A stretch of DNA of 53,769 nt from Minisyncoccota bacterium (GCA_025449695.1 JANWIW010000029.1:1-53769), one strand, 5' to 3'; positions 16,258 to 26,108 are shown, counted from the stretch's first letter. Numbers and translations are program-made. Notes: generated by a model from the sequence alone, not told the origin.

Positions 16258-16616
16258 TGTCATTCCGGCCTTGAGCCGGAATCCAGTACACTGCCAATAT
16301 AAGGTGCTATTACGTTTACATTCTGGCGAGTCAGAGGAACGGCACGCTCTACATAGGCGTCACCAACGACCTGAAGAGAAGGGTCTGGGAACACAAGCAC
16401 GACATTCAAGATGGTTTTACGAAGCGCCACGCAGTGCATCTTCTTGTTTATACTGAAGAAACGTCAGATGTACGTGCAGCCATCCAGAGGGAAAAGCAGT
16501 TTAAGAACTGGAAACGTGAATGGAAATTAGATCTTATTGAAAGCAGGAATCCGCATTGGAAAGACTTGTACGAAGAACTCTAGCAATCTGGATCCCGGCT
16601 CAAGGCCGGGATGACA
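16258..16616. mobile_element. GIY-YIG nuclease cassette bounded by 29-bp inverted REP-like palindromes
   Basis: 16258-16286 and 16588-16616 are inverted copies differing by one compensatory pair. Confidence 0.75.
16299..16583 (+). CDS. GIY-YIG nuclease (YazA/YhbQ-like, 94 aa) with ATA instead of ATG; possibly a pseudogene
   Basis: YYVYILASQRNGTLYIGVTNDLKRRVWEHK...AIQREKQFKNWKREWKLDLIESRNPHWKDLY; absent from the ORF track because it lacks a canonical start. Confidence 0.85.
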   Translation: MRCYYVYILASQRNGTLYIGVTNDLKRRVWEHKHDIQDGFTKRHAVHLLVYTEETSDVRAAIQREKQFKNWKREWKLDLIESRNPHWKDLYEEL

Positions 16617-16652
16617 GGCGCTTTATAAATAAAGAGACAACAGTAAGCATGC

Positions 16653-17327
16653 TTAACTTCTGCCTTCGAGCGCCGAGCCGAGCGTCTCACCGTCCGCGAA
16701 CTCGATCTCGCCGCCTTGCGGCAGGCCCCGCCCGAGGCGGCTCATTTTTGCTGCGGCGCCGGCAAGCTCTTTCATGAGGAGTCCGGCGTGAAAGTCGCCA
16801 AGGCTCGTCGGATTGAGGCCCAGAATGATCTCCTTGGCCTGCCCGTCCAATTTCTCGCCTATGAACGCCTTCAGTCCTCGCAGGCGTTCTTTCTGCCAGT
16901 CCTCCAGGAGTCCGGTCTTCGGCATCTGGCCGAGGATAAGGTAGCGCCCCTTATACTTGCCCGTGTTCTCGAGAGAGATGAGATCGGTTTCTTTTTCCAC
17001 GATCATGACGATCGATGGATCGCGGTTTGGATCGCCGCAGATGTCGCACAGGCCTTCCTTGTCTCGCGAAGCCTTGGCGGACCGAGAGCCGTTCTCCGTA
17101 GTTTTTTCTGGTTTATCCGAAGCGCCGGAAGATTCAAAGATGAAATAACACCGCGTGCAGGTCGCGATGTCCTCGATGCCATGTATCCCAAAGGAGAGGG
17201 CCTTGGCGAGGGTCCTGCCTTCCGACACCAGGAAAAAGGCGATGCGCGTCGCCTGGCGCGGACCGATGGAAGGTATCTCCGCGAGTTCTTTTATAAGGCG
17301 GCGGAGGGAGGAGGGGATGGAAATCAT
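16653..17327 (-). CDS. recR: recombination mediator RecR with an insertion in the Zn finger
   Basis: IPSIGPRQATR HhH, CxxC...CxxC, IVEK Toprim, LGRGLPQGGEIEFAD. Confidence 0.95.
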   Translation of the reverse strand: MISIPSSLRRLIKELAEIPSIGPRQATRIAFFLVSEGRTLAKALSFGIHGIEDIATCTRCYFIFESSGASDKPEKTTENGSRSAKASRDKEGLCDICGDPNRDPSIVMIVEKETDLISLENTGKYKGRYLILGQMPKTGLLEDWQKERLRGLKAFIGEKLDGQAKEIILGLNPTSLGDFHAGLLMKELAGAAAKMSRLGRGLPQGGEIEFADGETLGSALEGRS

Positions 17328-17335
17328 AAGAGGTA

Positions 17336-17413
17336 TCTGGAATTTGGAATCTGGAATCTGGAGCGAACCACGACAGCAGTCTACCAGATTCTAGATTCCA
17401 GTTACCAGATTCT
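17336..17413. repeat. inverted heptamer tandem arrays (TGGAATC)n...(CAGATTC)n
   Basis: directly visible; related arrays at 18821-18906 and 35642-35717. Confidence 0.8.
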
Positions 17414-17417
17414 GTCC

Positions 17418-18812
17418 TTAAAATACCTCTGCGCCCTGTTCCATCTCGCTCTCGCGCCGATCCACTGTCCTGAAGGTGACGGCGTCCACGTCCATCATAA
17501 GATCGAGGCCGCCCAGGGGGCCGTTGCGGTGCTTGGCGACATTCACGTGGATAAGGTTCTCGTCCGCACCGCCCTGCATGTCGATCGAGTTCGGGTCCCG
17601 TCGCTCGCGCGCCCGGGAGAGGAGTATGACCACGTCCGCGTCCTGCTCGATGGAGCCGGATTCCCGGAGGTCGGAAAGGCGCGGCGTGTGATTGTCGCGC
17701 TTGTCCACCTCGCGGGAGAGCTGGGAAAGCGCGATGACCGGCACGTCCAGCTCGCGCGCCAGGGCCTTGATGCCGCGGGAGATCTCCGTGACCTGCTGGA
17801 CCACGTTATCGGACTTGGTGCGCGGCACGATGAGCTGGAGATAGTCGATGACGATGAGCCCGAGGCCGTGCTCCACCTGCAGCCGCCGCGCCCGGGAGTG
17901 CATCTGGAGCAGGGTGGGGGAGGCAGTGTCGTCCACGAAGATGTGGGTGTTCTGGAGACGGTCCAGGGCGGTCTGGATCATCTGCCACTCCGCGTCCTCG
18001 TTCACCCTGCCGGTGCGGAGCTTCCAGAGAGAGACGCCCGACTCCGCCGCGATGATGCGGTCCACGACCTGATCCTTGGCCATCTCGATGGAGAAGAAGG
18101 CCACCGGTTTTTCCGAGGCCTTGGCGGCGTTCCTTGCGATATCCAGGGCGAAGGTGGTTTTACCGACGGACGGCCGCGCGCCGATCACGACGAGGTCGGA
18201 CTTCTGGAGCCCGGAGAGAATGTTGTCCAGCTGCTTGAAGCCAGTAGGAACGCCGCGCAGGGTGCCCTTGAACTGGTTAAGCTTCTCAATGCGTTCGTAG
18301 GCTGCCTTCAGCTCGTCACGGATGTGCACGAAGTTCTGGCCGTACGTCTTCTGGGAGATCGCCAGGATCTTGTGTTCAATGGCATTCAATAAATCTCCCA
18401 CGTCATCCGGAGTCTTGAAGGCGTCCTCGGTGATCTCGGCAGAAGCATGGATCAGTTCCCGCAGGACCTTCTTGTCCTTCACGATCTCCGCATAATGATC
18501 GGCATGGGAGGCGGTCGTAACCTGGTTCGTGAGGTCGGCGATGTAGCCCGCGCCGCCCACCGTGGCGAGGAGATCCCGTTCCTTCAGCCGGTTCGTGACC
18601 GATAGGATATCGATGGGCTGATGCTTGCCGAAGAGCTCAAGCACCACATCATAGATCTTCTGATGCGCGGGCGTGTAGAAATCTTCCGGAACGAGAATGT
18701 CCGCCACTTTAATGATGCCGTTCGAATCGATCAAAAGCCCGCCGAGGACGGCTTGCTCGGCGTCCATATTGTGCGGCGGTATCTTGCCGGATGGGGAAGG
18801 TTTAGTGGGCAT
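17418..18812 (-). CDS. dnaB: replicative DNA helicase DnaB
   Basis: PPHNMDAEQAVLG, GARPSVGKT, IDYLQL, SQLSR, DLRESGSIEQDAD, KHRNGP. Confidence 0.98.
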   Translation of the reverse strand: MPTKPSPSGKIPPHNMDAEQAVLGGLLIDSNGIIKVADILVPEDFYTPAHQKIYDVVLELFGKHQPIDILSVTNRLKERDLLATVGGAGYIADLTNQVTTASHADHYAEIVKDKKVLRELIHASAEITEDAFKTPDDVGDLLNAIEHKILAISQKTYGQNFVHIRDELKAAYERIEKLNQFKGTLRGVPTGFKQLDNILSGLQKSDLVVIGARPSVGKTTFALDIARNAAKASEKPVAFFSIEMAKDQVVDRIIAAESGVSLWKLRTGRVNEDAEWQMIQTALDRLQNTHIFVDDTASPTLLQMHSRARRLQVEHGLGLIVIDYLQLIVPRTKSDNVVQQVTEISRGIKALARELDVPVIALSQLSREVDKRDNHTPRLSDLRESGSIEQDADVVILLSRARERRDPNSIDMQGGADENLIHVNVAKHRNGPLGGLDLMMDVDAVTFRTVDRRESEMEQGAEVF

Positions 18813-18891
18813 AAGGGGGATAGAATCTGGTAGTTGGAATCTGGAATCTGATGAGAATGTTGACGTGGAGTGTTAGTTTAGTTTCTAGATA

Positions 18892-20271
18892 CTAGATTCC
18901 AGATTCTTTCGGGAGAAGGAGCGGGCCTACCGGCGTATCCTCCAGGCTATATCCTAACCCAAGGATTTTTCCCCTCAGCTCATCGGCGTGGACAAACTGT
19001 TTATTTCTCCTGGCCTCTTCGCGTGCCTCGGCTATAGCCCGCACCTCTTCCGGTATTTCCGGCTCCTGCAGGACCAGGCCCAGGCTCGCCAGGGACTCGT
19101 TCATGAAGAGGATGGCCTCGGTCGCGCTGGCTGCGGAAAGGCCCCAGATGTCCTGATTGGCGTCATTCATGAGCTCGAAGAGGACGGCGAGGGCCTGCGG
19201 CGTATTGAAGTCGTCCTCCATGGCAGCATGGAACCGGGCCCGGTACGCGCCGGCATCCAATGCTTTCGCGCCGCCCTTGCCGTTCAGGAGGACCAACTTG
19301 CTTGTGAAGGCGGCCATAGACTGCAGGTTTTTCCTTGCTTGGAGGGCCAGATCGTCCGTCCAGTCCATGGGGGAGCGATAGTGCTGCTGGAGGACGGCCA
19401 TACGGAAGGTCTCCGCCGGGTATTTGCCTAAAAGGTCTTTCATAGTGATGAAGTTTCCCTTGCTCTTGGACATCTTCGCGCCGTCCATGAGGATCAGCCC
19501 CGCGTGCATCCATATTTTCACGAAAGGTTTAAGCCCGGACGCGGATTCCTGCTGGGCTATCTCCGCCTCATGGTGGGGGAACTTGATGTCGATACCGCCG
19601 CCATGGATGTCGTACTGGGGACCGAAATAGTGCTCGGTGATGGCGGTGTCCTCGATATGCCAGCCGGGGCGCCCCGCGCCGAGCGCGGTCTCCCAAACGG
19701 GCTCGCCGGGCTTCGAGAACTTCCATACGCAAAAATCCCCGCGGTTGCGTTTTTTGTCGCTCTCATCGATGCGGCTCACCCCGTCCTCGGCCTGTTCCAC
19801 CGTGCGGCGCGCCAGTTTACCGTACTCCGGGAAAGTAGTGAGGTCGAAGTACCAGCCGTCGCCTTCGATCTTGTAGACGTTCCCTTTGGCGATAAGAGTC
19901 TCTACCTGTTTCACGATCTCGGGAATGTGACCGGTCGCGCGGGCGAACTCCGTGACCGCGTCCGCGCCAAGCGCCTTCAAGACCGCGTAGTAGGCTTCCT
20001 CGTAGTCCCTGGCGATCTTGTCCCAGGCGACCCCTTCTTCCTTCGCCCGGGCGATGATCTTGTCGTCCACGTCGGTGATGTTTTGGAGGTAAAACACCTC
20101 CACGTCCCGGCTGCGGAGGTACCGGGCGATGATGTCGAAGGCTATGGAGGTGCGCCCGTTGCCGATATGGATATCGTCGTAGACCGTGGGGCCGCAGACG
20201 AAGAACTTGAGCGGCCGGCTTTCCGGCAAAAGCTCTTTTTTATCGGAAAGCGTGCTGTAGATGCGGAACAT
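18892..20271 (-). CDS. cysS: cysteine--tRNA ligase
   Basis: CGPTVYD, HIGN, GRPGWHIED, HGGGxDxxFPHHE, KMSKS. Confidence 0.98.
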   Translation of the reverse strand: MFRIYSTLSDKKELLPESRPLKFFVCGPTVYDDIHIGNGRTSIAFDIIARYLRSRDVEVFYLQNITDVDDKIIARAKEEGVAWDKIARDYEEAYYAVLKALGADAVTEFARATGHIPEIVKQVETLIAKGNVYKIEGDGWYFDLTTFPEYGKLARRTVEQAEDGVSRIDESDKKRNRGDFCVWKFSKPGEPVWETALGAGRPGWHIEDTAITEHYFGPQYDIHGGGIDIKFPHHEAEIAQQESASGLKPFVKIWMHAGLILMDGAKMSKSKGNFITMKDLLGKYPAETFRMAVLQQHYRSPMDWTDDLALQARKNLQSMAAFTSKLVLLNGKGGAKALDAGAYRARFHAAMEDDFNTPQALAVLFELMNDANQDIWGLSAASATEAILFMNESLASLGLVLQEPEIPEEVRAIAEAREEARRNKQFVHADELRGKILGLGYSLEDTPVGPLLLPKESGI

Positions 20272-20368
20272 AACTTACAGCTTATAGCTTACAGCTTGCA
20301 GTTACAAATGACTCGCTTGCTGGCTTCGACTGCGCAAAGTAGTGCCGTTCAGAAAACCAAGTTTGTCG

Positions 20369-20451
20369 TGTCATCCCGGAAGCCCAGTGGGGCTATCCGG
20401 GATCCAGTATGTGTCGGTGATCCTGGATCCCGGCTCAAGGCCGGGATGACA
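20369..20451. repeat. REP-like palindromic repeat pair
   Basis: TGTCATCCCGG...CCGGGATCCAG followed by CTGGATCCCGGCTCAAGGCCGGGATGACA. Confidence 0.85.
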
Positions 20452-20639
20452 AGCCTGGATCCCGCATCCCGCCGGAGGCGAGGCCCGCTCTTGGCGAGGT
20501 TCATCTTCGGCGACTCACCCTTGGCGAAGCCGTGCTAAAGGGCGGCAAGGCCGGGACGACAAGCTCCGGGCAACGCTCGCGTGACATTGACGATTTATAT
20601 AAAATAATATATAATGATGCAAGAAGGAGGGTTCTGACC

Positions 20640-21398
20640 ATGTGGCTTCAGAACGGTAAACATCGAGTTTTGACAACACCCCAGGGGGGCTCAATCCTGC
20701 AGTGGCAGTACGGCCAGGATTTCATCCTTGGACCGGCTCGCACCGTCGACATCGACGGCAACCTGAAAGTGCGCGGGGAAGCGCACTGGTGCTATCCGAA
20801 CTTCGGCGCGATTGATCCGGAAGCAGGATGGCATCAGTTCCCCCAGCACGGGTTCTTCCGAAATGCCGTGCTGGATGTCGTGGCGAGTTCGGAGGGAATG
20901 GTGCGTTTCTCCCGGCCGTCCGCGATGGCGGATCAAGTGCGGGAAGGCTCACTCATCGATCTCTCCGCCATGGCGGTCCTGACTCCAGGCGGAGTGACGG
21001 CGGCGCTTGAGGTGCGTAACCTCGGCGACGCGCGCATCCCGATTTTGCCCGCGTTCCATCCGTACTTCGCCGTACCCGCAGCCGGACTCGTCGTGTCCAT
21101 GGACGGGCGTCCTGTCGCCAAGTCCATCCGGGGCGGAGCGCAGGGTGTCGGCAGCAAAGCCATCGTTCTCCCGCGTACCGGGGCCGTCGTTGTCGACCTG
21201 ATTGATGTGGGCATCGTCGAGCTCGGCCTGGATGACGACTGCACGCACATCGTCATCTGGTCGGATCGCCCGTCCGCGTACGTCTGTGTCGAGCCCGCGT
21301 TCGGTACGCCGCGGACCTATGGGACCGCTGCCGGCCCGTGGCTCGAGCCCGGGGGAATCAGCATCTGCAAGGTGAATTTCGGGTTCACGCCGGCGTAA
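20640..21398 (+). CDS. aldose 1-epimerase (galactose mutarotase-like) protein
   Basis: PNFG, QHGFFR, AFHPYF, VCVEP; TTGACG-17-TATAAT (20587-20615) and AAGGAGG place the start at 20640. Confidence 0.85.
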   Translation: MWLQNGKHRVLTTPQGGSILQWQYGQDFILGPARTVDIDGNLKVRGEAHWCYPNFGAIDPEAGWHQFPQHGFFRNAVLDVVASSEGMVRFSRPSAMADQVREGSLIDLSAMAVLTPGGVTAALEVRNLGDARIPILPAFHPYFAVPAAGLVVSMDGRPVAKSIRGGAQGVGSKAIVLPRTGAVVVDLIDVGIVELGLDDDCTHIVIWSDRPSAYVCVEPAFGTPRTYGTAAGPWLEPGGISICKVNFGFTPA

Positions 21399-21411
21399 GC
21401 CGTGCATCAGG

Positions 21412-21447
21412 AAGCGGGAGATTCAACCCTCCCGCTTTCAGTTTTTC
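21412..21447 (+). terminator. intrinsic terminator
   Basis: AAGCGGGAG/CTCCCGCTT followed by a T-rich tail. Confidence 0.7.
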
Positions 21448-21557
21448 ATAAGCAGTGATCAGTAACTGGTAATCAGTAATTAGGAGATAGGCAGATCTTA
21501 AGGAGAGCTGTGACCGATCCCAATTACCAATGCCTCTTTACTAATTACTTTACTCAA

Positions 21558-22463
21558 TCACAGCCAGTCGCGGCGCTTGAAGAAGATGCTCAGGGTGATG
21601 ATGCCGATCACGATGGCGCCGACTATTATCCAGAACCCTTCCGGCCGGCCGGAGAGGGGATTGCCTTCCACCTGCATGGCGAAGATGGCGGCGATGAGCA
21701 TAAAGGGAAAGGTCAGGAAGGAGAACGCGGTTAGCCGCTTCATCACCTCCGTCGTCTTTGAGTACATGAGCTGGCTGTTGGTGCGCTCGAAGTCGTTCAG
21801 CGTCTCCCGATAATCCTCGATCTGGCTCACGATCTTGGAATGCTCGGCCACGAGATCGTTCAGATAGACCCGCGAGCCCTCTCCCCAGACCGCCGGGCCG
21901 CGCTCGCGCAGGGAATGGAGCACATTTTCACCCGCCCGCACGATGACGCGATACTCGGAACTATCCCGCTTCACGAAGGATATCTGCCGCAGCACTTCCT
22001 TTTCCTTATCCGTGAAGAGGCCGTCGCCCACGCTCTCCACTTTTTCCCGGATATGATGCAGCTGCCGTTCCTCGAAGCGGAAGATGCCGAGCAGTATGGA
22101 GTAAAGCAGGTCGAACGGGGTGGCGGCGCTGAAGTTCTGCATGTCCGCGAGGGGAGGCAGGGGCTCGTAATGGACGGTGATGAGCGCAGTAGGGGTGATC
22201 AGGAAATCTATCTCCGCCCGCCGGCAGGTCTGCTCGAACGGATTATAAAGAGGGAAGTTATAGATGAAGAAAAGATAGTTCTCGTAGATCTCGAGCCGGG
22301 CGCGTACGGAAGGGACCTCCAGCTCGCGGAGGATCACGTTATGGAAGCCGAACTTCGTCTTCAGCGCGGCGAGGTCCTCTTGAGCCGGGTTCTGCAGGTC
22401 GATCCAAAGGGCTTTCTCTGGAACCGTTTGGACTTTTCGATTGAGGTCGAGCGCCGTGGCCAT
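21558..22463 (-). CDS. corA: CorA-family divalent cation transporter
   Basis: WIDL, EIDFL, ITVH, two C-terminal TM helices; GMN signature appears as AMQ. Confidence 0.85.
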   Translation of the reverse strand: MATALDLNRKVQTVPEKALWIDLQNPAQEDLAALKTKFGFHNVILRELEVPSVRARLEIYENYLFFIYNFPLYNPFEQTCRRAEIDFLITPTALITVHYEPLPPLADMQNFSAATPFDLLYSILLGIFRFEERQLHHIREKVESVGDGLFTDKEKEVLRQISFVKRDSSEYRVIVRAGENVLHSLRERGPAVWGEGSRVYLNDLVAEHSKIVSQIEDYRETLNDFERTNSQLMYSKTTEVMKRLTAFSFLTFPFMLIAAIFAMQVEGNPLSGRPEGFWIIVGAIVIGIITLSIFFKRRDWL

Positions 22464-22580
22464 GATTCAATTATAGGTTCCGGCGCGCCGCTTGTCCTGT
22501 GCATGGCGCGGCCCTTCATCTTTCCTTACTGCTGAGTACGGCATATCTTAAAATAGCCCTTATGGGCTTTGGAGGACCCC

Positions 22581-22733
22581 ATGCCGAAAAAAAGAGAAGT
22601 GCCGGTCTTCACACCGGCGGATACGAGCGATGTGAAGGGTTCGACTCTGGCAGGAAGAGCCCAACAACAACGATGGGAAGCGACGAAAGACAGGGATGTC
22701 GACCCGTCGCGCCCCCGCAATCTGCCTCATTGA
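22581..22733 (+). CDS. small hypothetical protein (50 aa)
   Basis: GGAGG RBS, followed by the hairpin ACGGCCGAG/CTCGGCCGT; below the ORF track cutoff. Confidence 0.5.
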   Translation: MPKKREVPVFTPADTSDVKGSTLAGRAQQQRWEATKDRDVDPSRPRNLPH

Positions 22734-22786
22734 GCGAACGGCCGAGCTAGTCTCGGCCGTACCCATTTCAATATGCATTGAAGTCA

Positions 22787-22813
22787 TTGGCAATCTTGAC
22801 TAGGGATTGCCAA
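22787..22813. promoter_or_regulatory. CIRCE-like HrcA operator overlapping the -35 box
   Basis: TTGGCAATC-N9-GATTGCCAA perfect 9-9-9 palindrome (canonical TTAGCACTC-N9-GAGTGCTAA); TTGACT in the spacer, TATAAT at 22820. Confidence 0.85.
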
Positions 22814-22833
22814 CCCCTATATAATGGGGCCGT

Positions 22834-23517
22834 ATGCATGACCGCAGCTTTCAGATATTAGAGGCCGCCGTGCGGGATTTTATCGAGACCGGGGAGCCCG
22901 TCTCCTCCGGCTCGCTGTTTCATGAGTACGAGTTCGGTATTCGTCCGGCCATGATCCGCGCGGAGCTCGCCTGGCTCACCGACGAGGGCTACCTCGAGCA
23001 GCCTTACCATTCTGCCGGCCGGGTGCCGACCAACCGCGGCTACGAGTTCTTCGCAACCCGCGTCCTCGAAGAAGAGCGGCCGCAGGCGGTGCGGCAGGAA
23101 CTCGCTGCGCCGTTCAGCCACGGCGATCTTGCCGATTTCCTGGAGCTGCTTTCGAACCATCTCGGCATCGCTGCAGTGGCGAGCACCGCACGCGGGGAAG
23201 TGCGAAAGGACGGCCTGGACGAGCTCATCGGGCGTGTGGAGTGGGGGCCGCGGGAGGAGATCATGCAGATCATCCGCGATTTCGAGTCCATCGAGCGGCG
23301 CCTGGCGGCGCTGAAGCGGGACTTCTTCCTGCAGGAGTTCCTGGACGTGTTCATCGGCCGCAAGAGCCCGGTCACCCAGAGCGATGAGCTGGCGGTGATG
23401 GGCGCGAGTTACGGCAAAGGCGACGATCGCGTGCTGCTCTTCGCCATCGGGCCGAAACGAATGGACTACGAGAAGGCGGCGGCTATCCTCAAAGGCCTGA
23501 AAGACTTAAGCGCATGA
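22834..23517 (+). CDS. hrcA: heat-inducible transcription repressor HrcA (short form)
   Basis: IETGEPVSS, PAMIRAE, QPYHSAGRVPT, IGPKRMDY. Confidence 0.93.
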   Translation: MHDRSFQILEAAVRDFIETGEPVSSGSLFHEYEFGIRPAMIRAELAWLTDEGYLEQPYHSAGRVPTNRGYEFFATRVLEEERPQAVRQELAAPFSHGDLADFLELLSNHLGIAAVASTARGEVRKDGLDELIGRVEWGPREEIMQIIRDFESIERRLAALKRDFFLQEFLDVFIGRKSPVTQSDELAVMGASYGKGDDRVLLFAIGPKRMDYEKAAAILKGLKDLSA

Positions 23518-23615
23518 TGCCAATCCACCAATCTCATGCCAATCTACAAATTGCCAATGTGCGGATTCGCAATTCGCGGATTGGTATAAGATTCGCATAT
23601 TAGCGTCACATTAAT

Positions 23616-24113
23616 ATGGAAGATCAGAAAAACAATAACCCCATCGCTGAAGAGTTAGCCGCGAAGCTCGCGGAAGCGGAAAAGCAACGGGACGAATACC
23701 TCCAAGGCTGGCAGAGGGCCAAGGCCGATTATTTGAACTATAAGAAGGAAGCGATCGGGCGCTTGTAGCAGATCGCAATGTACTCCGGGGAAGACCTTAT
23801 TCGCGAGCTGGTGATCATCCTGGACAACTTCGACCTGGGCTTGCGCGCGCTCGAGAAGGCTGGTGCGGTGGAAAAGGGCGTGTATATGATCCGCGCGCAG
23901 ATAGAGGACATCGCCAGGCGCCGCGGGTTGGAGAAGGTCCACGTGCAGCCAGGCGACCCTTTCGATCCCAGTATCGCCGAGGCGCTCGCGGAAGGGGAAT
24001 CCGAGCATCCTCCGGGGACGGTGGCCGAGGAAATCGAGCCGGGCTATAAGCTATACGACAAAATCCTGCGTCCCGTCCGCGTCAAGCTATCCAAAGAGAA
24101 AAAACCTGACTAA
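23616..24113 (+). pseudogene. grpE: nucleotide exchange factor GrpE interrupted by an in-frame TAG at 23766-23768
   Basis: MEDQK...WQRAKADYLNYKKEAIGRL*QIAMYS...FDP...GYKLYDKILRPVRVKL in a single frame. Confidence 0.9.
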
Positions 24114-24145
24114 CAACTAACAACTAACAACTAAGAACTAAGAAC
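24108..24145. repeat. heptamer tandem repeat (CAACTAA)n
   Basis: directly visible between grpE and dnaK. Confidence 0.85.
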
Positions 24146-24146
24146 C

Positions 24147-26108
24147 ATGTCTAAGATAATCGGCATAGACCTCGGCACCACCAATTCCGCGATCGCCGTC
24201 ATGGAAGGAGGCGAGCCGCGCATTCTTGAAAACACCGAGGGCAACCGCACCACGCCCTCCATCGTCGCGCTCTCCAAGGCGAACGAGCGCCTGGTCGGGC
24301 TCCTGGCCAAGCGCCAGGCCCTCACCAATCCCGCGAACACCATCTTCTCGGTGAAGCGGCTCATCGGACGCAAGTTCTCCGATCCCGAGGTCCAGCGGGA
24401 CAAGGCCTGGCTGTCCTATGAGCTGCGCGCGGCGCAGAACGGCGGCGTGGAAGTAAAAATGGGCGAGCAGTGGCTCACTCCCGAGGAGATATCCTCCTTC
24501 GTCCTCGCCAAACTGAAGGCCGACGCCGAGGCGAAGCTCGGCGAGAAGGTGGAAGAGGCCGTGATCACGGTGCCCGCCTACTTCGACGATTCCGAGCGCC
24601 AGGCCACGAAGAACGCCGGCGAGATCGCCGGGCTCAAAGTGCGCCGCATTCTGAACGAACCAACCGCGGCCGCCCTCGCCTATGGCCTTGGAGCAGGGAA
24701 GCAGCTCCGACGCCCTGGAGGGGTCGGAGTCCCGACCGAAGCGTCGGGAAAGAACGAAAAAATCGTCGTCTACGACTTCGGCGGCGGCACATTCGACATC
24801 TCCGTGCTGGAGGTGGGGGACGACACCGTGGAGGTGAAGGCCACCGGCGGTGACACCCATCTCGGCGGCGACGACTTCGACAAGCGCATCCAGGAGTATC
24901 TGGTCGTAGAATACAAGAAACAGGAGCGTATCGATGTGTCCAAGGACCCGCTCGCGGTCCAGCGCCTCAAGGAGGCCGCGGAGCGCGCCAAGCACGAGCT
25001 CTCGAGCGCCGCGGAGACGGAGATCAACATACCCTACATCTCCTCGGACGCGAACGGTCCCAAGCACTTCCTCATGAAGATGACCCGTGCCAAGCTGGAG
25101 AGCCTGGTGCAGGACATGATCGATCGCTCCGTCGAGCTCACCCGCGAGGCGGTGACCGCGGCCTCGCCGAAGGGTGCCGGGTTCCAGCTCTCCGAGATCA
25201 ACGAGATCATCCTGGTCGGCGGCCAGACCCGCATGCCGGCGATCCAGGAGGCGGTGAAGAAGCTCTTCGGCAAGGAGCCGAACAAGAGCATCAACCCGGA
25301 CGAAGTGGTGGCGATCGGCGCCGCCGTCCAGGCGGGGATACTCCAGGGCGACGTGAAGGACATCTTACTCCTCGACGTGACCCCGCTCACTCTCGCCATC
25401 GAGACCCTGGGCGGCGTAGCTACGCCGATGATCCAGAAGAACACCACCGTCCCGACCTCGAAGACCCAGGTCTTCTCGACCGCGGCGGACAATCAGACCT
25501 CGGTGGAGGTGGTGGTGACTCAGGGCGAGCGGCCCATGGCGGCGGACAACAAGGTCCTGGCCCGGTTCCTCCTGGACGGCATCCCGCCCTCCCCGCGCGG
25601 CATGCCCCAGGTGGAGGTCTCCTGCGACATCGACGCGAACGGCATCCTGTCCGTGAAGGCTATGGACAAGGCTTCCGGCAAGTCCCAGTCGGTCAAGATC
25701 GAAGCGTCCACTTCGCTCTCCAAAGAGGAGGTCGAGCGCCTGAAGCAGGAGGCCGCAAAATTCGCCGAAGAGGACGCGCGCAAGAAAGAGGTGATCGAGG
25801 CGAAGAACCACGCCGAGACGCTCGTCTATACCGCGGAGAAGGCGCTCGCCGACGCGGGCGACAAAGTGCCTGCGGACGTGAAGGACTCCATCCAGTCCAA
25901 ACTCGACGCGGTGAAGAAGGTGAAGGACGGCGACGACAAAGCCGTCATCGACCAGGCGGTCAAAGACCTCTCCGCCGAGATACAAAAGATCGGACAGGCC
26001 ATGTACAATAAGACCGAAGGACCCGGTCCTTCCACTGACAATGGACAAAATCCCCAGCCTTCTGAACCGGAGCCCGGTCCCGACGAAGGACCTGCTGGCG
26101 CAGGTTGA
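24147..26108 (+). CDS. dnaK: chaperone DnaK with a ~15-aa palindromic insertion
   Basis: [41 protein letters not shown]. Confidence 0.99.
   Translation: MSKIIGIDLGTTNSAIAVMEGGEPRILENTEGNRTTPSIVALSKANERLVGLLAKRQALTNPANTIFSVKRLIGRKFSDPEVQRDKAWLSYELRAAQNGGVEVKMGEQWLTPEEISSFVLAKLKADAEAKLGEKVEEAVITVPAYFDDSERQATKNAGEIAGLKVRRILNEPTAAALAYGLGAGKQLRRPGGVGVPTEASGKNEKIVVYDFGGGTFDISVLEVGDDTVEVKATGGDTHLGGDDFDKRIQEYLVVEYKKQERIDVSKDPLAVQRLKEAAERAKHELSSAAETEINIPYISSDANGPKHFLMKMTRAKLESLVQDMIDRSVELTREAVTAASPKGAGFQLSEINEIILVGGQTRMPAIQEAVKKLFGKEPNKSINPDEVVAIGAAVQAGILQGDVKDILLLDVTPLTLAIETLGGVATPMIQKNTTVPTSKTQVFSTAADNQTSVEVVVTQGERPMAADNKVLARFLLDGIPPSPRGMPQVEVSCDIDANGILSVKAMDKASGKSQSVKIEASTSLSKEEVERLKQEAAKFAEEDARKKEVIEAKNHAETLVYTAEKALADAGDKVPADVKDSIQSKLDAVKKVKDGDDKAVIDQAVKDLSAEIQKIGQAMYNKTEGPGPSTDNGQNPQPSEPEPGPDEGPAGAG

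Noticed and set aside
23766-23768. Genome-wide TAG or TGA reassignment
   Set aside because: TAG and TGA end conserved genes at expected positions (ychF, dnaJ, secF; dnaK, hrcA).
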